NCBI GenBank assembly: GCA_044225365.1
Contig: JBGAIQ010000009.1
Span: 96,462-160,461 of the forward strand
Source of the DNA: Planctomycetota bacterium
GTDB lineage: Bacteria; Planctomycetota; B15-G4; JADJEK01
Direction: 5' to 3'
DNA: 64,000 nucleotides
In this document: positions 10,204 through 20,340 of the stretch, one piece after another
Layout of the letters: the number at the start of each line of letters is the position of its first letter
Numbering within the stretch: position 1 is the first letter of the stretch
Translations under genes and position numbers: made by a program
Notes under the pieces: generated by a model
Databases searched by the model: none
What the model was told of the DNA's origin: nothing
What the model saw: only the letters and a program-made list of their open reading frames with translations

Positions 10204-10215
10204 GCGTCGTGCGCC

Positions 10216-11007
10216 TCACGGCGCGCGGCGTCTCAGCTCCGACTCGAACGCGGCGCGGTGACTTCGACTGAGCGTCACCTGTTCGCCCGATGAGAGTTCG
10301 ATGCGAGCATCGCCCGCCGGCATCTTGGTGATCGTGACCACCGCGCCAACGCGGACGAGCGCCGAACGGTGCACGCGGACGAATCCAGAGGCGGCGAGCT
10401 CGCGTTCGGCTTGCGCGAGCGTCCGTCGCTCGAGGAGCGCTTCTCCCTTGCGATGCACCATCACGTAGTTCGAACGAGCCTCGATCCACTCGATCTCTTC
10501 GAGCGGGACGAGCACGATTCGACCGCGTTGCCGCACGATGAAGTTCGTTCGCCTGCGCGTCGCGGTCGCGTCGACGAGACGCTTCAGGTCCTGCTCGCGC
10601 GAGTGCGCTTCGTCACCGCCATCGCCGAACGCCGGTAGGGCACGCTTTGCGCGATCGAGCGCTCGCAGGAGTCGCTCACGATCGAACGGCTTCAGCAGGT
10701 AATCGAGCGCGTGGACGTCGAACGCCTTGAGCGCGTACCGATCGTACGCCGTCACGAAGATCACGACAGGAGGAGTGCCCTCGATTCGCGACAGCACCTC
10801 GAATCCATCGATTCCGGGCATCTGGACGTCCAGCAGTACCAGGTCCGGTCGTCTTTCCTCGATCCACTCCAGTGCCTCGATCCCGTCCTTTGCCTCCCCC
10901 ACGAGCTCGAATTCGGGCAGCGTCGCCAGGTCGTCGACGAGTCCGCGGCGTGCGATCGGCTCGTCCTCCGCGATGAGCACGGTGATGCGACGCCGCGCCG
11001 TCGTCAT
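10216..11007 (-). CDS. LytTR-family two-component response regulator
   Basis: The start MTTARRRITVLIAEDEP at 11007 was verified as CAT at 11005-11007. Receiver motif LLDVQMPGIDG, and a C-terminal LytTR region (IEARSNYVMVH ... GFVRVHRSALV). The 627-aa ORF in the track is an upstream read-through. The start overlaps the kinase stop by 4 nt. Confidence 0.9.
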   Translation of the reverse strand: MTTARRRITVLIAEDEPIARRGLVDDLATLPEFELVGEAKDGIEALEWIEERRPDLVLLDVQMPGIDGFEVLSRIEGTPPVVIFVTAYDRYALKAFDVHALDYLLKPFDRERLLRALDRAKRALPAFGDGGDEAHSREQDLKRLVDATATRRRTNFIVRQRGRIVLVPLEEIEWIEARSNYVMVHRKGEALLERRTLAQAERELAASGFVRVHRSALVRVGAVVTITKMPAGDARIELSSGEQVTLSRSHRAAFESELRRRAP

Positions 11008-12083
11008 TCGCTCGTGCCTTCTTCGATTTGGGCGAATGGGATCTTGAGGCGCACGCTCGCGCCGCCCCCCTGCCGACGCTCGAGCGTCAATTCCCCGGCT
11101 GTGCCATAGAGCGCGTCGATCCGCCGCCGCGTATTGCCGATTCCGATGCCTTCGACGAGATCGGCCGCCGCGGGCGGATCCTCGCCGTCGTCGTCCACGC
11201 CGAGAGTCAACCGATCGCCGTCGCGGCGCGCCCGTATCTCGATCCGCCGAGTTCCAGGACAGCGCTCGATGCCGTGGCGGATCGCGTTCTCGACGAGCGG
11301 GAGCAACGCCTGACTCGGAACGCGTGCGCCTCGCACGCCGGCCTCGATGTCGACGTCGATCACGATGCGATCGCCGAACCGGATCTTCTGGATCTCGAGG
11401 TAGGGATCGAGGCGCGCCACTTCGTGCTCGAGCGCGACCTCCTGCGTGTCTCGTTCGTCGAGATGCGATCGCAGGAGGTCGCCGAGGAGCGTCGTCATCC
11501 TCGTCGCGGACGTGGGATCGGTTCGCGCCGCGATGCCGACGGCATGCAATGTGTTGAACAGGAAGTGCGGTTCGAGCTGGCTCTTCAGCGCGGAGAGGCG
11601 GGCCGCGATCAGGTCGGTTCGCATGCGCTCGGCGAGCACGGCTTCGCGACGCTCCCTCCGCCGATGCGCAGCGAGCAAGGCGACGCCGACGATGGCGAGG
11701 GCATGCAGGCTCGTGAACGGGATCGATCGCCCGAGGTGATCGAGCGCCCCTTCGACGAGCGGCGTCTCGTCGAGGCGTTGCGGCGCGACGAAGCCGTACG
11801 CGATGAGCGTCCGCTGCACCCCGAACGAAGCGAGCGTGAAGAGCGTCGCGACCGCGCCGACGAGGAGCGCGACGAGCACGCTCCTCATGGGTTCCGTGAC
11901 CCGCAGGACGCGCGCGGAGACGTGGAACACGAACGGCGTCAGCGGCGCGAAGGGCAACCATTGCGTCGCCGTCGAGGTGGCGATCCCGGGCCAGATCGGT
12001 GCGTCGGGGGTCCAGAACGCATGCTCGTGGAGGAAGAGCAGGGAACCGAATGCGCAGAAGAACGCGAACGAGCCGATCCACAT
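11004..12083 (-). CDS. membrane sensor histidine kinase (LytS/YehU-type His_kinase + HATPase)
   Basis: Start MWIGSF at 12083 (CAT at 12081-12083); a GTG about 60 nt upstream is also possible. It has several N-terminal hydrophobic helices, an H-box LEPHFLFNTLH, an N-box LLPLVENAIRHG and GIGIGNTRRRI. Confidence 0.8.
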   Translation of the reverse strand: MWIGSFAFFCAFGSLLFLHEHAFWTPDAPIWPGIATSTATQWLPFAPLTPFVFHVSARVLRVTEPMRSVLVALLVGAVATLFTLASFGVQRTLIAYGFVAPQRLDETPLVEGALDHLGRSIPFTSLHALAIVGVALLAAHRRRERREAVLAERMRTDLIAARLSALKSQLEPHFLFNTLHAVGIAARTDPTSATRMTTLLGDLLRSHLDERDTQEVALEHEVARLDPYLEIQKIRFGDRIVIDVDIEAGVRGARVPSQALLPLVENAIRHGIERCPGTRRIEIRARRDGDRLTLGVDDDGEDPPAAADLVEGIGIGNTRRRIDALYGTAGELTLERRQGGGASVRLKIPFAQIEEGTSE

Positions 12084-12208
12084 GCTCAGCCTCCGCCACG
12101 AAGCCGGATCCTCGGCAGCGGGTTCACCCGGCTCGATCTCACTCACAAGACGCACTCGGCTCGACAATCGACCCCTCACGACTCCTGTGTTCGCATTCGA
12201 TCCGGCGA

Positions 12209-13396
12209 TCAGCGCGCGCCCGTCGGACCCGATTTCGAAGCGCTCCGCACCGAGTTCGCCGGCGACTCCGAGCCCGACGCCGGCGGCCAAGGATACTCCA
12301 TCCCGCGGGCGGTCCTCTCGGCGACGTCCTTTCCGAGATCGCGCTCGACGAGATGGAGCGCCGCGTCGATCCCTGCGGAAACGCCCGCCGCGGTCACCAC
12401 CTTGCCATGGTCGACGTAGCGAACGCCCCTCACCACGTCCACCTTCGGGAAGTCGCGGGCGAGTCCGCCAAGAGCCGAGTGATGCGTCGTCGCCGACTTG
12501 CCGTCGAGCAGGCCGGTCTTCGCGAGCACGAAGGCGCCGGTGCACACGGAGAGGATCTGCGTCGAGGGCGTCGCGGCGGCCGCGAACCACTTCATGAAAG
12601 CCGTGTCTTCGAGGAGTCGTGGCGTATCGCCACCCGGCACGACGATCACGTCGGGAACGGGGCAGTTCTCGATCGTGTACGTCGGGACGATCGTCGCGTC
12701 GATTCCGTTTGGATGCACGGGAGTCGACGTCGAAGCCACGTAGAAGACCTGGTAGCACGGACCCTCGATGCGCCGGATCGCCGCTCCGAAGACTTCGGAC
12801 GGACCCGCGAAGTCGAGCATCTCGACGCCCTCGTGGATCACGATCGCCACCTTCGACGCATGACTCACGATCGAATCCATGGCGCGCTCGAAGCGCGGGT
12901 CGGCGCGCAGCTTCTTCAGGTCGGGATCATGACGGATGAGTCCCTCATTGCCGAGGCCCGCTGCGATCGCGCGCGAGAGACTCTCGAACGCGACGTCCGA
13001 TCGATCGAGCATCGCCTGCGCGCAGGCGATGTCGTACAGACTGAGGACGTGGACTTCGTGTTGCGATGGAGTCGCCGCATTCTCGGTGAGTTTCGCCGCG
13101 CGTTCGTGCGCGGGGAGCGCGTCGGTGAACCGCCCGAGTGAATGCAATGCGAACCCCAGGCGATGCCAGGCGACGGCATCGTCGTCGTGCGACGCGACGA
13201 GTCGCTGATAGGCCTCGGCAGCGGCCACCCAGTCGCCGGCATCGAAGGCCTGCGACGCTCGTTGCGCGAGATTCTCGTCCGCGGGTTTCGCCGCCTCACC
13301 GACGCCCGTCGGCGCGCTCCCTTGCGCATGGGCAGTACCGACGGCAAGCATGAGAATCGCGGGAATCAGCGCAAATCGGGTCCGTTCGAAATCCAT
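12209..13396 (-). CDS. secreted TPR-like + DJ-1/PfpI (class I glutamine-amidotransferase-like) fusion protein
   Basis: Start MDFERTRFALIPAILMLAVGTAHAQ (signal-like) at 13396, or MVM at 13402. The N-terminal helical-repeat region includes WVAAAEAYQRLV and AVAWHRLGFALHSLGRF. The C-terminal DJ-1/PfpI region includes VAIVIHEGVEMLDFAGP and ILSVCTGAFVLAKTGLLDGK (nucleophile-elbow Cys). Confidence 0.7.
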   Translation of the reverse strand: MDFERTRFALIPAILMLAVGTAHAQGSAPTGVGEAAKPADENLAQRASQAFDAGDWVAAAEAYQRLVASHDDDAVAWHRLGFALHSLGRFTDALPAHERAAKLTENAATPSQHEVHVLSLYDIACAQAMLDRSDVAFESLSRAIAAGLGNEGLIRHDPDLKKLRADPRFERAMDSIVSHASKVAIVIHEGVEMLDFAGPSEVFGAAIRRIEGPCYQVFYVASTSTPVHPNGIDATIVPTYTIENCPVPDVIVVPGGDTPRLLEDTAFMKWFAAAATPSTQILSVCTGAFVLAKTGLLDGKSATTHHSALGGLARDFPKVDVVRGVRYVDHGKVVTAAGVSAGIDAALHLVERDLGKDVAERTARGMEYPWPPASGSESPANSVRSASKSGPTGAR

Positions 13397-13696
13397 GACC
13401 ATCCTCTCGTATTCGAGCTCGCTTCGTCTTTGGGCGGCAGGGCGCGCTCGGCCAGCTCGATGACCGGCGCGCCTTGAATGGAACCGAGGCCAACGCCGGA
13501 TGCGTCCCTGCTGGGACCAACCGTTCTCTCCTTGTCGCGAGGGACGGCCGACGGGTCGATCTCGGGCGATTTCTCCCAAGTGCGCAGAATTTGGCGGAGC
13601 GACGGCGCCCGACTCCACCGTTTTGCCCACTGCTCGCGCCGATTCGTGCGGCACCTCGTTCGCTCTTCGAGCGAGCGAGCTTTCCGGAGGTGTTCC

Positions 13697-14509
13697 ATGC
13701 GTGTGATCGACATCATGACGAAGAACTGCGTCACCATCGAGCCGATGGCGTCGCTGAAGCAGGCGATGGACGAGATGGAACGGCACGACGTGCGACATCT
13801 CGTCGTCGTCGACGCGGATGGACGGCTCGAGGGCATCGTCTCCGATCGCGATCTGCTCGCGGCGACGGGATGGGTCGATGATCCGACCGATTCCCGGCGT
13901 GTCATGGATGTGATGCATCGCGACGTGAAGACGACGAATCGCCAGGCGGAGGTCGTCGCGATCGCGACCGAGATGATCGTCGATGCGATCGGCTGCTTCC
14001 CGGTCGTCGAGGACGACCACGTCGTCGGCATCGTCACGGAGACCGATCTCGTCGGGGCGTTCCTGAAAGCGCTGGAGCAGGGCATCCTCCCCCGCGACGC
14101 GGATCCGTTGATCGCGACGAAGATGACGCGCGATCCGCTCTGCATCTCACCCTCGGATACCTTGCTGGAAGCGCGACTCATCCTGCGAGCGCGCAAGATC
14201 CGCCATCTCCCAGTGATCGACGGGGATCGCGTGCTCGGCGTGCTGTCCGACCGCGATACGCGGCGCGTCGAAGGACGCCATCAACTTCGCGAGCCGGTGC
14301 TCGCGGAAGCGATCAAGCGTCACGTCGTCATCATCGCTCCCGATCAACGCCTCTCGACCGCCGCCGTGCTGATGTTGGATCGCAAGATCAGCTGCCTGCC
14401 CGTGGTCACGCCGGACACGAACAAGCTCGTCGGCATCCTGACCCTCGCCGATCTGCTCGACCATTGCGCCGCGACGCTCTGGCAACCGACGAGATTCGTG
14501 ACGGCGTAA
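13697..14509 (+). CDS. CBS-domain protein (four CBS repeats)
   Basis: ATG at 13697 with GGAGG at 13686-13690. Repeated CBS-type units are MRVIDIMTKNCVTIEP, VMDVMHRDVKTT, IATKMTRDPLCISP and EAIKRHVVIIAP, each followed by (R)HLPV/VVD-type strands. Confidence 0.85.
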   Translation: MRVIDIMTKNCVTIEPMASLKQAMDEMERHDVRHLVVVDADGRLEGIVSDRDLLAATGWVDDPTDSRRVMDVMHRDVKTTNRQAEVVAIATEMIVDAIGCFPVVEDDHVVGIVTETDLVGAFLKALEQGILPRDADPLIATKMTRDPLCISPSDTLLEARLILRARKIRHLPVIDGDRVLGVLSDRDTRRVEGRHQLREPVLAEAIKRHVVIIAPDQRLSTAAVLMLDRKISCLPVVTPDTNKLVGILTLADLLDHCAATLWQPTRFVTA

Positions 14510-14511
14510 AC

Positions 14512-14536
14512 GCGCGGCCGCGCACCCGGTTTTTTT
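14512..14536 (+). terminator. putative intrinsic terminator after the CBS gene
   Basis: GC palindrome GCGCGGCCGCGC (14512-14523), then ACCCGG and a T7 run (14530-14536), starting 3 nt after the TAA stop. The stem geometry is poor (short stem, tiny loop), so the call is weak. Confidence 0.4.
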
Positions 14537-14596
14537 GAACGCAACGGCGGGCGTAGGGGCGCACGGATTGTGCGCGCGAGTCTCACCCCGCCGACC

Positions 14597-14965
14597 CTAG
14601 AACGGCCGGTGGCGCGATTCGACGGCGTAGAGCTTCGAGTAGGCCTCGAGGAGTTGCCGCGAGCGCTCGTACGATTCCGATTCGTCGGCGGCGTCCGCCT
14701 CGGGCTTCAGCTTCGCGTCGTTGCGGAAGATCTCGAGCAAGGCCTCGTAACGCTCATGAGCGGCGAGCATCGAGCTGATGTTCGTGGCCTGATCGTGGCG
14801 GGCGACGTCGTCGAGGACGTTGATCGCTTCCTCGGCGGCGATATCGAGCGCCTCTTCCAGGCGATTCCAGCGCTTGTGACCTTCGGTCTGCGTATCGATC
14901 CGCTTCCGAGTCTCCTCGACTCGCGCAGCCACTTCGGAAGCGATCGCCTTCGGGTCGAACATCAC
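14597..14965 (-). CDS. hypothetical helical protein, translationally coupled to rbfA
   Basis: 122-aa ORF (MMFDPKAIASEVAARVEETRKRID...). Its start overlaps the rbfA stop by 4 nt. It has normal acidic/helical composition and no motif I recognise. Confidence 0.6.
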   Translation of the reverse strand: MMFDPKAIASEVAARVEETRKRIDTQTEGHKRWNRLEEALDIAAEEAINVLDDVARHDQATNISSMLAAHERYEALLEIFRNDAKLKPEADAADESESYERSRQLLEAYSKLYAVESRHRPF

Positions 14966-15411
14966 TCGTCCTCGTCCGGCTCCGATTCGTGCGGGGCCGC
15001 TTTATCCTCGGTCGGCTCGGGCGTCGCCTCGGGAGCTTCGGACTCGGGCAACTCTCCGCGGGCGCGGCGCTCCGCGTCGAGGTCCTTCAGGAGGTGGTCG
15101 ACGCGCATCGAGCCATCGATCGAATCGTCGTACTGGAAGATCAGGTGCGGAACGGTGCGGGTGCGCAGGACCTTTCCGAGCGTGTGCTGGATGAACCCGC
15201 GGGCTTCGTCGAGAGCGTGCTTCGTCTTGCTCTTGTCGCCCTCGCTGCCGAGCACGGAGTAGAAGACCTCGCAGCGCGACAGATCGCGCGCGAGCTTCAC
15301 GCGCGTGATCGTCGTGAACGCGATGCGCGGATCCTGCAATTCGAAGAGCACGATCTGCGCGACGCGCTCGCGGATCCGCTCTGCCAGTTTCGAGTCAGCG
15401 TTCCAGCCCAC
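14962..15411 (-). CDS. rbfA: ribosome-binding factor A
   Basis: RIRERVAQIVLFELQDPRIAFTTITRVKLARDLSRCEVFYSVLG ... TRTVPHLIFQYDDS matches RbfA. Its position after infB and a DUF503 gene fits known synteny. Confidence 0.85.
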   Translation of the reverse strand: MGWNADSKLAERIRERVAQIVLFELQDPRIAFTTITRVKLARDLSRCEVFYSVLGSEGDKSKTKHALDEARGFIQHTLGKVLRTRTVPHLIFQYDDSIDGSMRVDHLLKDLDAERRARGELPESEAPEATPEPTEDKAAPHESEPDEDE

Positions 15412-15420
15412 GTCGCGCCT

Positions 15421-15711
15421 TCATTCGATCGATTGAATGTTCCAGTCGAGCAGCTCCGCCTCGGGATGTACCCGAAGCTGCTGCAGGATCGCGTCGAGTT
15501 CGCCGCGAACGTATCCGCTGTCGGAGCCGACCGCCGCGAACCCCAGGACGATCGACTGCCAGAGATCCTGGTCGTCGACCTCCGCCACCGACACGTTGAA
15601 GCGCGCGCGGATGCGGTCCTTGATGCTCCGCAGCACCTTGCGCTTCTCCTTCAAGGAGTGCGAGGACCGCAGCCGCATTCTCACTTCGAGAACGGAGGCT
15701 TCGAGCGCCAC
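15421..15711 (-). CDS. DUF503 (YlxP-like) protein
   Basis: 96 aa. LRSSHSLKEKRKVLRSIKDRIRARFNVSVAEVDDQDLWQ is typical of the small DUF503 gene found between infB and rbfA. Confidence 0.8.
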   Translation of the reverse strand: MALEASVLEVRMRLRSSHSLKEKRKVLRSIKDRIRARFNVSVAEVDDQDLWQSIVLGFAAVGSDSGYVRGELDAILQQLRVHPEAELLDWNIQSIE

Positions 15712-15723
15712 GAGTACCTTCGA

Positions 15724-18700
15724 TCAGCTCGCACCCGCCGAGAAGTCGAGCGTGCGCTTCTCTTCTGCGACCTCGAAGGCCTCGACGATGTCGCCGACCT
15801 TGATGTCGTCGTAGCCATCGACCTTGAGACCGCACTCGAGGCCTTCCTTGACCTCGCGCACGTCGTCCTTGAATCGCTTGAGCGAGGCGAGTTTGCCGGT
15901 GTGGACGATGCGACCATCGCGCGTGAGGCGAATCTTCGCGTTGCGCTTGACGATGCCGTCCTTGACGATACAGCCAGCGATCGTGCCGACCTTCGAGACC
16001 TTGAAGATCTCGCGGATCTCGACGTGACCGATGACCGCCTCCTTCTGGATCGGCGACAGCTTGCCTTCCATCGCGGCCTTCACGTCGTCCACCAGCTGGT
16101 AGATGATCTCGTAGGTCCGGATATCGACGCCGCGCTGATCGGCGAGGGATCGCGCCTTGTCGTCGGCGACCACGTTGAAGCCGATGATCGTCGCTTCGGA
16201 AGCGATCGCGAGCAGCACGTCGTCCTCGGTGATGCCACCGAGCGCGTCGCGGATGATCTTGATCTTCACTTCCTTCTTCGACAGCGACTCGAGCTCCTTC
16301 TTCACGACTTCGAGCGAGCCCTTCACGTCGCAGCGGACGATGAGGAGCACTTCCTCGGCCTTGCCGGCTTCGAGGTTCGCGAACAGGTTCTCGAGCGTGA
16401 TGTTGTTGCGCGACGGACCCGTGACGCGGTCCTTGTTCTTCGAATGCAATCGCTCCTCGGCGACCTCGCGAGCCTGCTTCAAGCTCTCGAGAACGAAGAA
16501 CGGCGCCGAAGCGTCCGGCGGGTCGTTGAGGCCGAGCACGTTGACCGGAGTGGATGGCGCCGCTTCGGTGATGCTCGTGCCGTCGTCCGCGATGAGCTTT
16601 CGGATGCGACCGTAGCTCGTGCCCGAGAGCATCACGTCGCCGACGCGGAACGTGCCCTCCTGCACCAGCACCGTCGCGATCGCGCCGAGCTGATCGTCCT
16701 TGCGCGCCTCGATCACGGTGCCGCGCGCCTCGCGCGTCGGGTCGGCCTTGAGGTCCATGACCTCGGCCTGCAACGTGATCTTCTCGAGCAATTCGTCGAT
16801 CCCGCGGCCGGTCGTCGCCGAGGTCTTCGCGACCTGGACGTCGCCGCCCCATGCCTCGACGAGCACGCCCGCGGTGGCGAGTTGCTGCATGACACGGTCG
16901 GCGTTCGCTTCGCCGCGGTCGATCTTGTTGAGTGCCACCACGATCGGGCACTTCGCGGCCTTCGCGTGCTGGATCGCCTCCTCGGTCTGCGGCATGACGC
17001 CGTCGTCGGCGGCGACGACGAGCACGACGATATCGGTCACGTTCGCGCCGCGGGCGCGCATCTCCGTGAACGCCTTGTGACCCGGCGTGTCGAGGAGCGT
17101 GATCTTGTGGCCGGTCGGCGACGTCACGCTGTACGCGCGCATCGACTGCGTGATGCCGCCGGCCTCACCCGCTGCGACGTTCGAGTTGCGAATGCGGTCG
17201 AGCAGCGAGGTCTTGCCATGGTCGACGTGGCCGAGGAACGCGACGACGGGCGGGCGCGGTTGCAGCCGACCGGTTTCCTCGCGGGCCGCGAGCTTCTTGT
17301 CCATCGCATCGACCTTGGCCATCAGCGTCTGTTCGAGGTTCTGCTTCGCGACGATGTTCACTTCGCGATTGCGAGCCGCCGCGACTTCGAGCACGGCCAT
17401 TTCGTTCAACGCGCTGTTCACACCGGCTTCGTGACCGCCGCCGAGAAGGATGCGCAAGATCTCGGAAACCTTTGCGCCGAGCAACGACGAGAGATCGCGC
17501 ACACTGATCGGAACCGCGACTTCGAGCGGACCGGTGGGGACCGGCGGAGCCTGGGGCTTCTTCGCTTTGCGCGGACCGACGCGGCGCGGCGGTCGCCGCA
17601 GACTGTTCGCCGCCTGCCGCAGGCGGATGCTCTGCAGCAGCGGATCGTCCTCGTCGTCCGGATTCCATGCCGCGGAGTCGGAACGTCCGCGGATCCCGCG
17701 TTTCTTCGCGTTCTCCGCTTCGGTGATCGGATCGAGGATCGGACCCCGTCCGGGACCGCGCGCCGCGGCAGCGCCCGCATCGGGGCTCGCGCCCGGCGCG
17801 TTCGTCGTCGTCGGACCCGGAGCGGTCCGCATCTGCCGCTGCCGCTCGAGTTCCTCGCGAGGCAGCTCGATACGACCGAGGATCTTCGCGCCACCCGCCG
17901 GGCGAGAAGGACGCTTGATCGGACTCTGCGGCGCCGCGCCCGTGGCGGCGGTGCCCGCTCCACCCTGCCCGCCCGGCGCGCCGTGCTGGCTGGAAGGATC
18001 GTTCGTGCGAGGCGGCGGCGGAGCCACCGGCCCACCGCGAACGGTGCGCCCGCCCGGGAGATTCGCGCCCGACATCGAACCGAGGGATCCGATCGGTCCG
18101 CGAGCTGCGATCGAAGGCCGCGCCGGCGGCGCGGAGTGACTGGGAGACGGCGGCGCCGTCGAAGGCGATGGCGTACGCGGCGGCGCGGGCGGCACGGGCG
18201 CAGCGGGCGTCACCGCGGCCGCGGCCGGCCGCACGGGCTCGGATGGATGACTCTCCTTCGGCTTCGCCGCGGGCACGTGCGCGGGCGCTACCGCGGGCTT
18301 CTCCGCTTCGGGGGCCACGCTCGCGGGAGCCGCCGGCGGCTCGACGCGCGCGACCGGAGGGGCGGCGCTCTGGGGTGCGGGCGACGGAGGAGCCGTCGGA
18401 GCCGCAGCGACCGGTGCCACGGGCTCGGGGGCACTCACGCTCGAGCTCTCGCTCTCGCTCGAACCTTCGAAGCCACTCTCACCGGGCACGGACTCGTAGG
18501 AGTCGCCATCGCCCTCGGTCGCTTCGCCTTCGTTCTCGGAGGTGCGCACGCGCATGCGGCGCTTGCGCGGCTCCGCCTTCGCGGCGTCGGCAGGAGCGAC
18601 TTCCACGGCCGCGACCGGCGGCGGCGTCGAATCGCCGTGTTCTTCGCGGTAGGCCGCCTTGAGCAGAGCGATCTCGCCGACCGTCAAGGTCGCCGAGTGA

Positions 18701-18789
18701 TTGCGCGCCTTGAGGCCGAGCTCCTTCGCGAGAGCGAGCAGGAGCTTGCTCTCGGCGCCGATTTCCTTGGCCAATTCGTGAAGTCTCAT
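15724..18789 (-). CDS. infB: translation initiation factor IF-2
   Basis: The likely start [11 protein letters not shown] at 18789 was verified as CAT at 18787-18789. There is a long Pro/Ala-rich N-terminal region. G-domain motifs are [17 protein letters not shown] and NKID. Confidence 0.95.
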   Translation of the reverse strand: MRLHELAKEIGAESKLLLALAKELGLKARNHSATLTVGEIALLKAAYREEHGDSTPPPVAAVEVAPADAAKAEPRKRRMRVRTSENEGEATEGDGDSYESVPGESGFEGSSESESSSVSAPEPVAPVAAAPTAPPSPAPQSAAPPVARVEPPAAPASVAPEAEKPAVAPAHVPAAKPKESHPSEPVRPAAAAVTPAAPVPPAPPRTPSPSTAPPSPSHSAPPARPSIAARGPIGSLGSMSGANLPGGRTVRGGPVAPPPPRTNDPSSQHGAPGGQGGAGTAATGAAPQSPIKRPSRPAGGAKILGRIELPREELERQRQMRTAPGPTTTNAPGASPDAGAAAARGPGRGPILDPITEAENAKKRGIRGRSDSAAWNPDDEDDPLLQSIRLRQAANSLRRPPRRVGPRKAKKPQAPPVPTGPLEVAVPISVRDLSSLLGAKVSEILRILLGGGHEAGVNSALNEMAVLEVAAARNREVNIVAKQNLEQTLMAKVDAMDKKLAAREETGRLQPRPPVVAFLGHVDHGKTSLLDRIRNSNVAAGEAGGITQSMRAYSVTSPTGHKITLLDTPGHKAFTEMRARGANVTDIVVLVVAADDGVMPQTEEAIQHAKAAKCPIVVALNKIDRGEANADRVMQQLATAGVLVEAWGGDVQVAKTSATTGRGIDELLEKITLQAEVMDLKADPTREARGTVIEARKDDQLGAIATVLVQEGTFRVGDVMLSGTSYGRIRKLIADDGTSITEAAPSTPVNVLGLNDPPDASAPFFVLESLKQAREVAEERLHSKNKDRVTGPSRNNITLENLFANLEAGKAEEVLLIVRCDVKGSLEVVKKELESLSKKEVKIKIIRDALGGITEDDVLLAIASEATIIGFNVVADDKARSLADQRGVDIRTYEIIYQLVDDVKAAMEGKLSPIQKEAVIGHVEIREIFKVSKVGTIAGCIVKDGIVKRNAKIRLTRDGRIVHTGKLASLKRFKDDVREVKEGLECGLKVDGYDDIKVGDIVEAFEVAEEKRTLDFSAGAS

Positions 18790-18833
18790 CGTGTGATCAC
18801 CGCGTACGTCGCGACCTCGGAGGTCGGCGACGC

Positions 18834-20090
18834 TCACGCGCCTCCTGTCGAGGCGTCGCCAGCGCTTGCGTTCGCGTCCGGTTTGGCCGGGGATTCCGCG
18901 GACGCCGAACCGCTCGTCGCGGAATCGGGCGCCTCGGACTTCGATTCCTTGTCCTCACCGCGCGCGGCGGAGAGTTCAGCGCGGAGCCGGCGTTCGAACT
19001 CGTCGGCGCCGACGGGGCTCGCGGGGGTCGTCGAGGACGACGACTCCGGCGAAGCGTTGCCCGGCGCGACGCCGCCGGTGAGCAGCGCTTCGCGCGCCTT
19101 CTCGACCTCGGCATCGGCCGCACTGCCACGCGGCTCGTCGTACGCAGCCTGCGTCGGGCTCTTGATCTTGATGTCGTAGCCGGTGAGACGCGAGGCGAGT
19201 CGCACGTTCTGGCCCTTGCGACCGATCGCGAGCGAGAGCTGGTCGTCGTTCACGAGCACGTGAGCGATCTGGTTGGCGTCGTCGAGCTCGATCGAGTTGA
19301 TCGTCGCTGGCTTGAGCGCCTGCTGGATGAACTCTTCGGTGTCGTCGCTCCAACGGATGATGTCGATCTTCTCGCCGTTCAACTCGTCGGTGATCGCCTT
19401 GATGCGACTGCCGCGAATGCCGACGCAGGCGCCGATGCAGTCGACGCGCGAATCGATCGAATTGACCGCGATCTTGGTGCGGAAGCCCGGCTCGCGTGCC
19501 ACCGCTCGGATCTCGATCACGCGATCGGAGATCTCCGGCACTTCGAGCTCGAAGAGCTTGAGGACGAGCTCCGGTGCCGCGCGCGAGAGCATGATCTTGA
19601 CCTTCGGGCCGACCTTCTTGACGTCGTACACGATGGCCTTGATGCGGTCGCCCGGGTTGTAGTTCTCGGTGCGCACCTTCTCGTGCTTCGGGACGATGCC
19701 CTCGGCACGACCCAGGTTGACGATGATGTTGCCGAGCTCGATGCGCTGTACCGCACCGGACACGATCGTGTTGACCTTGTGCTCGTAGTCGCCGTAGATG
19801 ACGTCGCGTTCGGCGTCGCGGATTCGCTGGATGATGACCTGCTTCGCCGTCTGCGCGGCGATGCGGCCAAGCTCGGTCATGTTGATGCCTTCGGCTTCGA
19901 ACTCGCCGTCCCAGACATCGACCTTGCCGGATTCACGATCGATCTCGACGGCAAGGCCTTCGCGCTCGCCGTAGCGCTTCTTGACGGCGGTCAGCAACGC
20001 GCTCTCGATCGCTTCGAACAGGATCTCTTTGTCGATATCCTTGTCGCGATGGATGGCGTCGACCAGTCGAATGAGCTCTTCGCCGTTCAT
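18834..20090 (-). CDS. nusA: transcription termination/antitermination factor NusA
   Basis: Start MNGEELIRLVDAIHRDKDIDKEILFEAIESAL at 20090 (CAT at 20088-20090). There is an S1-like region, and KH motifs GACVGIRGSRIKAI and AIGRKGQNVRLAS. The C-terminal tail is low-complexity Ser/Ala/acidic. Confidence 0.9.
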   Translation of the reverse strand: MNGEELIRLVDAIHRDKDIDKEILFEAIESALLTAVKKRYGEREGLAVEIDRESGKVDVWDGEFEAEGINMTELGRIAAQTAKQVIIQRIRDAERDVIYGDYEHKVNTIVSGAVQRIELGNIIVNLGRAEGIVPKHEKVRTENYNPGDRIKAIVYDVKKVGPKVKIMLSRAAPELVLKLFELEVPEISDRVIEIRAVAREPGFRTKIAVNSIDSRVDCIGACVGIRGSRIKAITDELNGEKIDIIRWSDDTEEFIQQALKPATINSIELDDANQIAHVLVNDDQLSLAIGRKGQNVRLASRLTGYDIKIKSPTQAAYDEPRGSAADAEVEKAREALLTGGVAPGNASPESSSSTTPASPVGADEFERRLRAELSAARGEDKESKSEAPDSATSGSASAESPAKPDANASAGDASTGGA

Positions 20091-20310
20091 GGCCTCGGTA
20101 CCGTCCGATCCGTTCGAATCGGCGGCGCTGTCCTTTGGATCAGGTGATGAAAATCCGTCGCTCGCGTCTTCGGATCGCGAAACGACCGTTCGGTGAATGA
20201 CCGAGCGAGCGCACCCTCGGGCTTTCGCCTCGAAGGCCGCTACCCCGCGATTCACCGACCTGCACCCCCGACTCCGGACCACCAGAAACACGACGTACGA
20301 GGCGACCTCC

Positions 20311-20340
20311 AAAAAAAGAAAGTGGGCAGAGCCCACTTTG
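20311..20340 (-). terminator. rho-independent terminator-like hairpin in the nusA upstream region
   Basis: The minus strand reads CAAAGTGGGC-TCT-GCCCACTTT-CTTTTTTT. It has a 9-bp stem (20319-20327 / 20331-20339), a 3-nt loop and a T7 tract (A7 on the plus strand at 20311-20317). A T-run this long is rare in this window. Confidence 0.65.

Noticed and set aside
10216-14020. Very long ORF-track models (627 aa at 10216-12099, 584 aa at 11004-12758, 603 aa at 12209-14020), and similar over-extended models for larE-like, eno, sodC, nusA and ClC
   Set aside because: The upstream parts are Arg-rich read-through into neighbouring genes. Internal starts that begin at recognisable N-termini (each checked against the DNA) give sensible, non-overlapping genes.
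14989-19179. 1396-aa plus-strand ORF
   Set aside because: It is antisense to rbfA, the DUF503 gene, infB and the nusA 3' end, all of which have unambiguous motifs. It is Arg-rich and low-complexity.
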